Assembly: GCA_965223545.1 (NCBI GenBank)
Contig: OZ245006.1
Location: 928,001 to 992,000, forward strand
Direction: 5' to 3'
Length of the DNA stretch: 64,000 nt
From: Planctomycetota bacterium
GTDB taxonomy: Bacteria > Planctomycetota > UBA1135 > UBA2386
This document shows positions 56,717 to 64,000 of this stretch, one piece after another. Every line of letters begins with the position of its first letter. Positions within the stretch are counted from its first letter, which is position 1. Made by a program: the position numbers and the translations under genes. The notes beneath the pieces are model-generated. The model was not told where the DNA came from. It ran no database searches and saw nothing but the letters and a program-made list of their open reading frames with translations.

Positions 56717-57492
56717 GAGACCGCGCTCCGCCGCCACTCGCGCCGCAGCCGCCAGTACTTCAGCCAGTCGTAGTAGCCGGCCATCGCGCTGATCAAGAAG
56801 CCGCGCCAGCCGTCGAGAAAGCCCCGCTTGAGCAGCAGGCTCTTGACCACCACCGCCGGCGGCCGGAACAGCAGATCCAACCACGTCGCCCGCCGGCCCT
56901 GCGCGTGCAGCGCGCGCGCGGCGATCGCGGTAAAGCTGTCGATGGTGCGCAGGTGATGGCGGAAGTCGCGGTAGCTGAGGTGCTCGATCGCGCCGTCGAG
57001 GCGCACCACCTCACCATCGCCATCGACCACGACCTTGTCGTGCGGGTTGGTGCCCCCCCACCGCGCCCGGCGCCGGTCGAAGAGCCGCAGCTTGCGGTCC
57101 GGCCAAAACAACCCCCGGCGCACGACGCGGCCCAGGTAGTGGTTGCGCCGCGGCATCTCGTAGCCGGCACCGCGCAGCCCCGCCGCGCGCAGCCGCTCGA
57201 TCTCGGCGCGCAGCGCGGGCGTGACCCGCTCGTCGGCGTCCAGACACAGCACCCAGTCGTGCCGCGCGGCATCCACCGCGTTCTGCTTCTGCTCGCGGTG
57301 GCCCGGAAACGGCGCCCGCAGCGACACCCGCGCGCCGGCCTCGGCCGCCAGCTCCGCCGTCCCGTCGGTGCTGCCGCTGTCGAGCACGACGACCTCGTCG
57401 CAGAACGCGAGCGACCGCACACAGTCGACGATCCGATCCGCCTCCTGGAAGGCGATCACGCAGCCCGAGAGCGGCGTCCCGGCCTCACTCAT
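56713..57492 (-). CDS. GT2 glycosyltransferase (WaaE/KdtX-like)
   Basis: LDSGSTDGT, QKQNA, DWVLCLDADE, RGFLDGWRG. Confidence 0.9.
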   Translation of the reverse strand: MSEAGTPLSGCVIAFQEADRIVDCVRSLAFCDEVVVLDSGSTDGTAELAAEAGARVSLRAPFPGHREQKQNAVDAARHDWVLCLDADERVTPALRAEIERLRAAGLRGAGYEMPRRNHYLGRVVRRGLFWPDRKLRLFDRRRARWGGTNPHDKVVVDGDGEVVRLDGAIEHLSYRDFRHHLRTIDSFTAIAARALHAQGRRATWLDLLFRPPAVVVKSLLLKRGFLDGWRGFLISAMAGYYDWLKYWRLRREWRRSAVS

Positions 57493-57853
57493 CACAAGCT
57501 TCCCGCTCCGCCGGGTCGCCGCCGCGCCGGCGCTCCCGCGCCATGCCCTTGGCCGCCCGGCGCACGTCCCGCTGCATGCGCAGCGCCTCGCCCTTGATCC
57601 GCGAAAGCCGCTCCTGCCACTCGTGCAGCTTGGCATCGCGATCCACCGACCGCGCCGCCGCGGCTAGGATCTTGTCGCGCTCCTCCTTGCTCACCGACAG
57701 CTTCTGGTTCAGCAAGAACTGGTTGGTGTAGCCCAAGATCCACAGCCACCGCATCTGCTCGAGCATCTCCTCGACCAGGTCGACCAGCTCAAGCTCCGCC
57801 CCGTTGAGGCCACGGCTGCGGGCGCGCTTGCTGCGATCGCGGTTCGAGGTCAT
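57485..57853 (-). CDS. Hypothetical helical protein leading the LPS operon
   Basis: Strong codon bias; overlaps the GT2 start. Confidence 0.7.
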   Translation of the reverse strand: MTSNRDRSKRARSRGLNGAELELVDLVEEMLEQMRWLWILGYTNQFLLNQKLSVSKEERDKILAAAARSVDRDAKLHEWQERLSRIKGEALRMQRDVRRAAKGMARERRRGGDPAEREACDE

Positions 57854-57953
57854 CGGCGGTAGACGGTCATCAGGCGGGTCAGGGCGGGTCGGGACGTGTC
57901 GGTCCCCGCGCGACCCGCTAAGGTGCGCGGCGCCGGTCCCGCGCGATCAGCGT

Positions 57954-58313
57954 ATGCGCTGCCTCCACCTGCCTTCCACCTTTGCCGCCCTGGTGCTCAG
58001 CGCCTGCGCCCCGCCCCCCGACCCGAGCTGGAGCGAGGCTGCGCGCCGGGGAGCGCAGAGCTACCGCCTGCACTGCGCGGCGTGCCACGGGCGTGACCCG
58101 CACCGCGACGGCGACAGCGGCCCGGCGATCGCCCGCGCGAGTGGTGAGCTCTTGCGCGCGAAGGTGCTGGCGGGGACGTATCCGCCGGGGCACACGCCGC
58201 TGCGGCCGACGCGTGAGATGCCGCTGTTGCCGATGGTCGCCGAGCGCATCGACGATCTCGCGGCGTATCTGGCGGAGGTGGCGCCCCCGGGAACGGCTGG
58301 AGGAGGTCAGTGA
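57954..58313 (+). CDS. Monoheme cytochrome c lipoprotein
   Basis: LVLSA-C lipobox; CAACH; GPAI; distal EMP; LAAYL. Confidence 0.85.
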   Translation: MRCLHLPSTFAALVLSACAPPPDPSWSEAARRGAQSYRLHCAACHGRDPHRDGDSGPAIARASGELLRAKVLAGTYPPGHTPLRPTREMPLLPMVAERIDDLAAYLAEVAPPGTAGGGQ

Positions 58314-58828
58314 CGGCTGTCGGGGCGCGCGAGGACCGTCGTCAGGCAGGCCACGCGCCTACCCGAGCCAAGACAATCTTGGGCGCACCGTCACTTGACT
58401 CGATCTGGCGGGCCTTGCTCAGGTGGCCCAGTTCTCGGTCGGGAATTCGCACAAGCCGAGCTCTCCCGCCGTCCTCCTCCAGGCACGCGATCCCCTTGGG
58501 GGATTTGGTTCCGCGCACAACATGTAGCCGTGAGCAAGATCTCGCCCCGCCGAACCTTTAGCGGGACCAAATCAGTCTACTCGTTCCAAGCTGCATGGCA
58601 TGTTCGCCCTCATTCTGCCTGGCGGGTGACAGCGGGGGAGATGCCGAGGGCGAGAACCTACCGGATCTCACGGCGACGGCTTGCTCGCTTCGACACGGTC
58701 GCCATCGTGGCGAACAACTCGAGCGTTTGCAGACGTGCTTGCCGGAACAGTTACGCCGGATGTGCGCCCCCGCAGGCTTCACCTACGACGCCCTCGAACG
58801 CTAGCTGCGAGACTCCACCGACGCCCGG

Positions 58829-59731
58829 TTAACGAGTCACGAGATCGACCGCGGCCTGCAGCTCATGGGCAACGTAGCCCCACTCCGTGTACCCGGAGCT
58901 GATGAACCAATTGCAAACGGCACCCAAGAAAGCCACTTTCTCCGCGTGCATGGTCTTCCACGCCAGATCCGTTCTCGGCAGGCTATCGAACGCGCTATGC
59001 AAATAGACTTTCCCCTTATGGAGAATGTGACTGCGCCCAACAAGAGAGACCGCATGAGGCCGTTCACGCAATCGGTTTCGAATCTGGTCTACCGAACCCG
59101 GTCTCCCAAACTGTTTTCGAGCGTTGGCCAGGATCGTGGCATACTGATTCAGCCTTTCCTCGCTGGGTGCGGGTGGCTCGAACTCTTCCACCACTCCTTG
59201 CTCAATGTGTTCGATCATCTCACTCGACTTGGTTGTATGATAAGCGTCCACGAGCGGGCCGAGCTGCTGCTGGAATGTTACAACGATGTCCCGTAAAGCT
59301 GCGCGCTCGTCGGCGGCAATGACCGCCCCCGCGGGATTCAAATCGCGATGCCTCAGCAGCGATGTAACCTCTACAGCGTGAGGCGCGAAACAAAAGCGCT
59401 CCGCAAGGCTCCAATCCCTTTCGCGCAAGTCTTGTTGCCCTTGCTCGTTCCGATCCGCCATGCGTACTTCGATCGCTGACACGTCGGTCGCGTCATCGAC
59501 AGTAACGCTCCCGATCTCGGCCACCGGGTTCTGCGCGGCCTTGACTGGGTGACGATCCTTCGAGTCATCGTCCCCACGGGTCGCTCCCAGCCCGCTTCGC
59601 CCACCCGTGCCAGTGCCCTCCCATTGCCGCTCGAATCCATCAGATCTTTGCGAGCCGAGCAGCCAACCGGTAACGCCCACTATCAGGACACAAAGGAACG
59701 CGGCCAGCGCCTTGCGCCGATTCCTAAACAT
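58829..59731 (-). CDS. Membrane-anchored protein of unknown family (A2), paralog of 61337..62311
   Basis: N-terminal TM helix; VEVTSLLRHRDLNP, APSEERLNQ, KGKVY shared with A1. Confidence 0.8.
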   Translation of the reverse strand: MFRNRRKALAAFLCVLIVGVTGWLLGSQRSDGFERQWEGTGTGGRSGLGATRGDDDSKDRHPVKAAQNPVAEIGSVTVDDATDVSAIEVRMADRNEQGQQDLRERDWSLAERFCFAPHAVEVTSLLRHRDLNPAGAVIAADERAALRDIVVTFQQQLGPLVDAYHTTKSSEMIEHIEQGVVEEFEPPAPSEERLNQYATILANARKQFGRPGSVDQIRNRLRERPHAVSLVGRSHILHKGKVYLHSAFDSLPRTDLAWKTMHAEKVAFLGAVCNWFISSGYTEWGYVAHELQAAVDLVTR

Positions 59732-59843
59732 CAGCAAACCCCCGACGTCGCACCATGTGTGGCGGAGACCGAGTGTGGCTCTTCATCCGCATCTGCGTAC
59801 TGCTCGCTCGAGTACTGAGCTGGGCGAGATCCTGGCTTTGACT

Positions 59844-60110
59844 CTAGCAGTTCGTACACCCAAGTGCCACACTGATGTCGCCTACATAGCTGGCCGCATT
59901 GCAAGGAGCCGAGGAGTACACCGACACCACGTCAACGCTCACCTTGTTGCATTCGGAGATCGCGGCGTTGTATTTGACGACAGCGTTCGTGCAAGTGAAA
60001 GAACCCGCCGCGCTCGTGAGCCGTGCCGTGCCCGTAGGCGTGAGTGTGATGGTACCCGTGTTGGAACAAGGCTCATCCACGATGCACAAGTGCTCGTGCG
60101 GCGACACACC
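59844..60110 (-). pseudogene. 5'-truncated Cys-rich protein gene (B2), paralog of 60671..61105
   Basis: CIVDEPC...AGSFTC...SVYSSAPC...GCTNC*; upstream sequence is an IS110 fragment, with no signal peptide or RBS. Confidence 0.65.
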
Positions 60111-60112
60111 CA

Positions 60113-60229
60113 ACGAGGAAGGGCAAGAAGCCCGCAGCGGAAGTATTGCCAGTCGTGAAGCCCAACGCCGCCGGAATCGACATCGGCAGCCGGGAGCACT
60201 GGGTGTGCGCGGCAGCACCCGAGGGTGAG
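60113..60229 (+). mobile_element. IS110-family transposase N-terminal remnant
   Basis: Own translation TRKGKKPAAEVLPVVKPNAAGIDIGSREHWVCAAAPEGE, the DEDD first-Asp AGIDI motif; no start codon, stop at 60268. Confidence 0.75.
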
Positions 60230-60268
60230 TTTCAGGTCAGCTGCCCCATTCACGCCCTCCGCCTCTAG

Positions 60269-60515
60269 CCCAACTTCCGCAGTTCGACGGGTCGTCACGT
60301 TGAAGAATAACGACTTACGTCGATTGGTTAGCACCACATCGCAGTCGAACGGAGTGGTGCGGGGAGAGTCTCCTGGGTAGCTGGGTGTCGAGCCGGTCGA
60401 GCAAGTGCGCCTGCGCCTCGTTGGGGGTGAGCACGCAGCGGACCCGAAGCTCGCGGCCGTCAGAAGTGGGCAGGAGCTCGTCGGCGCTCTGGACCTGACG
60501 GAGTTCCTCGAGTGC
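60269..60515 (-). mobile_element. IS1634-like transposase C-terminal remnant with element end
   Basis: LEELRQVQSAD..LPTSDGRELRVRCV..PNEAQAHLLDRL...LPRRL; ends AACTGCGGAAGTTGGG next to CTAG. Family assigned from memory. Confidence 0.6.
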
Positions 60516-60670
60516 GTCGTCGAACCTCAGTGCGTCAGTGCGTGCCACAGCGCTGCTTGCACTACCCGGTCGATCTGCGCCGCCGCGACGGTGGATAGCG
60601 GGCTGGCGCCGCGCCGAGGCCAAGAATTGGCCTCAGAAATGGCGGCGCACGTGCGTACCGGAACGGTCAA

Positions 60671-61105
60671 CTAGCAATCACCGCTGCAGTCCAACTCGGT
60701 GCAAACCGCGTCAATAACCATGATGCACCTGTCACCCGTGCAACCAGCTCCTGTGTACACCGACCCCGAAACTCCGTCCCAGCAACCGCAGCCGTAACAT
60801 TCCGCTTGCAGTTTCAGCGAACCGCCGTTGCAAGTCATGGTTCCGGCGAACTGGTGACTTGCCCCTGCGAGTGTGCGGCACGTGTGCGATCGGCACTGAA
60901 TGAACTCCTCACACTCGGAGCCAAGGCACCCGCAGGTTCCGTCCCACTCCAGTTCATCGCAGATCTGCGCTCCGCCAGCGGGACAAACTCCCTCGAGCCA
61001 GACAAGCGGAGTGCCTGGCTGGCACGCAACCCCCTCACATGGAGGCCCGGAATAGGTGCCGAGCATGAAGCTCAACGCCACGGCAAACAATCTTACGAAC
61101 GTCAT
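60671..61105 (-). CDS. Secreted 144-aa protein with 18 Cys (B1)
   Basis: AGGAGG RBS before the ATG at 61105; signal-like MTFVRLFAVALSFMLG; ends LDCSGDC*. Confidence 0.85.
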   Translation of the reverse strand: MTFVRLFAVALSFMLGTYSGPPCEGVACQPGTPLVWLEGVCPAGGAQICDELEWDGTCGCLGSECEEFIQCRSHTCRTLAGASHQFAGTMTCNGGSLKLQAECYGCGCWDGVSGSVYTGAGCTGDRCIMVIDAVCTELDCSGDC

Positions 61106-61336
61106 TCGCACCTCCTAGTCATGGTGATGGGGTTGGGTTTCGATAGGGCTAGCTTGGTTACTGGGCCCAGCTCTCCGCTCTGGGTTCTTTTCCTGGGATT
61201 GCGAGTCGTCCAACACGCTGCGACCGTAACGAGACCGACGCGCAAATATGATCATCTGAATTTGCGCAGCGCGCAGCGCGACGACGCACAATCTCTAGCA
61301 GATTCTGGGTGGTGGTTGCTCCAACATCGCAGACGG

Positions 61337-62311
61337 TCAATACTTGGCTCGCAACCTCTCACCAATTGCCGAAATGAAATCAACTCTGACAGCTTCAGGC
61401 AGCGCTGTTCGCGCAACAAAGAATGCGAGCAACATCGCAGATTGCTCAACAACGATATAGTCGCGAATCCCATATGCCTCCATTGTCAGAGGCATTTGCG
61501 TGAGTTCGGCTGCAAACACCTTGTCTCCACTGATCAACCATTTGGCCAGCTTCTTTCCAGGGAAGGCGATCTCTGGATCCTCGATTCGAGCCACCACGTT
61601 GACGGGAGGCGGAGGATTGGGCCCATCCAACTGCACACGCAGCTTCCGAGCAACCTCCTCTATCCTATCTCGGCGCTGCCGCAAACGCTCCGCTGCGGGA
61701 GCGGTAAGGGTCTGAACGTAGGATTCGTAGGATAACACATCTGCGTCGCTTACAAGCGATCTGCCGGAATCTATCAACGCCGAAAACTCTCGCTCGCTGA
61801 TGACTCTTCGAAGCTCGTCACACTTCCGCAGGAGATGCTGATACTTCTCTACGAGCAAGGTCAGGCCGTCACGCTCTGACGAAGGAATATATTGATCCTG
61901 GGGATTCAATAGGGTATGGCGGAAAAGCAAGTCGGGCTCCACCATCGCCGCGCGCCCATACAGGTAATCTGGAATCGAAAAGGTGGCCCGACGAAGAGCT
62001 TGCCATGCGTCATCCTTTTCCTCAGGCCCCATACCGGGCTTGCCGACAATGCCAGTATCGAGTGCGTTGCTGACATCGACGTTGCCGGTCTCTGTCGCGA
62101 GCGCGCTAATGGCCTGCCATTCTTCTGCCAACTCATCTCTCAGTCGGCGAGAGTCCTGCGCACTCAATGCTAGGGGCAACCCGCTGCCCTCCTCAACGCT
62201 CTGCTCAACCCGGTCCTCGGCGTTGCTACGTCGCAAAGCAGTCCATGTCCAGCCTCCAACAAACGCTGCGGCCAGTAGAACTGCCAGTCTCAAGACACTT
62301 GCTTTAGACAT
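61337..62311 (-). CDS. Membrane-anchored protein of unknown family (A1)
   Basis: N-terminal TM helix; VEPDLLFRHTLLNP, APAAERLRQ, GDKVF shared with A2. Confidence 0.8.
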   Translation of the reverse strand: MSKASVLRLAVLLAAAFVGGWTWTALRRSNAEDRVEQSVEEGSGLPLALSAQDSRRLRDELAEEWQAISALATETGNVDVSNALDTGIVGKPGMGPEEKDDAWQALRRATFSIPDYLYGRAAMVEPDLLFRHTLLNPQDQYIPSSERDGLTLLVEKYQHLLRKCDELRRVISEREFSALIDSGRSLVSDADVLSYESYVQTLTAPAAERLRQRRDRIEEVARKLRVQLDGPNPPPPVNVVARIEDPEIAFPGKKLAKWLISGDKVFAAELTQMPLTMEAYGIRDYIVVEQSAMLLAFFVARTALPEAVRVDFISAIGERLRAKY

Positions 62312-62636
62312 CTACACACTCTGGAAAATCGCGATCGACGAAAGCACATCGGCGAAAGCACGTTGGGGTCGCCCTTCGATTTCAAGATGAGGCCTTGCCG
62401 GTGACTGGGGCACGGATGCAGTGACGGGGCGACCTGAATCACGGGCTGGATAACTCACGGTGACGGATTCGGAGATCTTGAGAATGGAATCCCGAAGCGC
62501 CGCCTCTCCGATGAATTCTGGCGATCTCACTGGCTTATTGGCTAACAGGTTAAACTCTAGACGAGCAGTCTTGGCCGGTCTTTTTTTTTATCGGGGACTC
62601 TCGGTCGCAACCAGAGTAACGGGAGGTTGTTCGGAC

Positions 62637-63131
62637 ATGAAACCCGACCGTCGAGAACTTCCATGGCGCGTGTACGCAGAGGACTACCTTGCCCTCCTCG
62701 GGTTCGCGCGGGCTGCAGCCACTCACGCCGGCGAGGGGACCCGACTGGACCCCGGCGACATTCTCCACGAAGCCATTCGCCGACAGGTCGTGGCAAATCG
62801 CACATTCAAGGACAGGGAACACTGCATCGCTGCGCTGAGGACCGTGATGCGGTCGGTGTGTGCCAACGAGGCACGTCGACGACGGTTCGTCGGTGGCGAC
62901 GACGTCGCGCGCGTCGCTGGTCCCGACCCCTTCCCAGAATCAGCAGTTGCCGAAGCCCTGGCATGGTTACGCGATCGCGATGCTCGGCTCGCGCAGCTGG
63001 TGGAGCAGTGCCTTCGCACGGGCGAGAGACCCAGCGAAGCTGCGGGAGACATGGGTGTGGCGGCCTCTACTGCTCGGCACTGGTGGGCCCAGGCCCTGGC
63101 GGAGCTGCGGAAGCACTTCAGCGACCACTGA
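62637..63131 (+). CDS. Divergent ECF-type sigma factor (TIGR02999-like)
   Basis: GGAGG RBS; LDPGDILHEA, FKDREHCIAALRTVMR, NEARRRR, EALAWLRDRDARLAQLV, AASTARHWWAQA. Confidence 0.75.
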   Translation: MKPDRRELPWRVYAEDYLALLGFARAAATHAGEGTRLDPGDILHEAIRRQVVANRTFKDREHCIAALRTVMRSVCANEARRRRFVGGDDVARVAGPDPFPESAVAEALAWLRDRDARLAQLVEQCLRTGERPSEAAGDMGVAASTARHWWAQALAELRKHFSDH

Positions 63132-63288
63132 GATCGCGCCGCAACCGAGCGGCGAAGGCAACCAGGGCTCAGACCGAGTGCTCACGCCGTTTGGTCGGGT
63201 GAGGGAGCAGCTCACCTGCAGCTGCATCGGTCGTCGAACGCACCACTCCGCCCTCGCACCAATCCCCACCCCACGCTCCAATGCCGCG

Positions 63289-64000
63289 ATGGCCCGCGAC
63301 GAACTGGACCGCCTGCTCGACGTGATCGCCCGGCTGCGCGCGCCCGACGGCTGTCCGTGGGACCGCGAGCAGACCGAGGTCAGCATGGCCCCGCACCTGC
63401 TCGAGGAGGCCTACGAAGCCGTCGAGGCGCTGCAGGCCGGGGATCCCGCCGCGGCGGCCGAGGAGCTCGGGGACGTGTTGATGAACGTGCTGATGATCGC
63501 GCAGATCGCGGGCGAGGCCGGCCGCTACGACGCCGGGGCGGTGGCGGGTGGTATCGCCGACAAGCTGGTCCGCCGGCACCCGCACGTGTTCGGCGGCACG
63601 GTCGCCGGCGACGCGGACACCGTGCTGCGCAACTGGGAGGCGATCAAGAAGGAGGAGGCGCCGGACGGGAAACGCAAGGGCGCGCTGGACGGCGTGCCGG
63701 ACGCGCTTCCGGCGCTACAGAAGGCGCTGCGGGTCGGGGAGAAGGCCGCCCGCACCGGGTTCGATTGGCCGGAGCAGAGTGGCGCGCGCGCGAAGCTCGA
63801 CGAGGAGCTGGGCGAGCTCGATGCGGCGCTGGCCGGCGGCGATCAGGCCGCCGCCGAGGCCGAGCTCGGCGACGTGCTGTTCAGCGTCGTCAACGTCGCC
63901 CGCCATGCGGGCATCAACCCCGAGATGGCGCTGCGCGCGACCGTGCAGCGCTTCATGGCGCGGTTCGCGCGCGTCGAGGCGCAGCTCGGCGCGGGTATGG
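63289..64000 (+). CDS. mazG: Nucleoside triphosphate pyrophosphohydrolase, partial (runs off right edge)
   Basis: Own translation: RLRAPDGCPWDREQT, EEAYE, EELGDVL, KLVRRHPHVFG, GFDW, ELGDVLF. Confidence 0.95.
   Translation, partial: MARDELDRLLDVIARLRAPDGCPWDREQTEVSMAPHLLEEAYEAVEALQAGDPAAAAEELGDVLMNVLMIAQIAGEAGRYDAGAVAGGIADKLVRRHPHVFGGTVAGDADTVLRNWEAIKKEEAPDGKRKGALDGVPDALPALQKALRVGEKAARTGFDWPEQSGARAKLDEELGELDAALAGGDQAAAEAELGDVLFSVVNVARHAGINPEMALRATVQRFMARFARVEAQLGAGM

Larger units (their letters stand above)
58314..63131. other. Lower-GC accessory island
   Basis: By eye, more A/T and loss of the C/G third-codon bias between the cytochrome c gene and mazG; contains IS remnants; edges approximate. 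Confidence 0.8.

Noticed and set aside
59844..60218. B2 as an intact 124-aa gene
   Set aside because: Its first ~35 codons are the antisense of the IS110 fragment and do not form a signal peptide.
60671..61105. B1 as a multiheme cytochrome or RiPP precursor
   Set aside because: No CxxCH motifs, a Sec-like rather than RiPP-type leader, and no modifying enzyme or peptidase-transporter nearby.
60806..61735. 309-aa plus-strand ORF in the island
   Set aside because: Antisense to B1 and A1, which are supported by an RBS, signal or TM segments and paralogy.

Overview
Very GC-rich bacterial chromosome segment, densely coding. Planctomycetota is the likely source, inferred from a TIGR02999-type ECF sigma, an ECF sigma fused to a membrane-anchored repeat domain, a large Ser/Thr kinase and DUF3857 proteins. 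Most of the window is housekeeping, signalling and envelope genes: a DUF5916 protein, an FHA-GAF sigma54 activator coupled to a Ser/Thr kinase, a MEMO1-family protein, GT9 heptosyltransferases, Tex, an ABC transporter, a two-component pair, a transglutaminase-like pair, an FprA-like reductase, galM, a glycosylasparaginase, mtnP, truD, an RluA-family synthase, tRNA-Glu(CTC), a dGTPase-like protein, an LPS-core glycosyltransferase operon and mazG. Three things stand out. (1) A family of ~200-bp palindromic repeats, six copies, that start at TGA stop codons, have lengths that are multiples of 3, and in two places sit in frame in a stop/start overlap, extending the next protein's N-terminus. (2) A lower-GC ~4.8-kb island (58.3-63.1 kb) holding two diverged paralogous cassettes, each a Cys-rich small protein plus a membrane-anchored partner of unknown family, with IS scars between them and a divergent ECF sigma. 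(3) An unannotated ~183-nt rod-shaped, 6S-like RNA candidate with its own promoter and terminator. All calls come from reading motifs by eye; no database searches were run.
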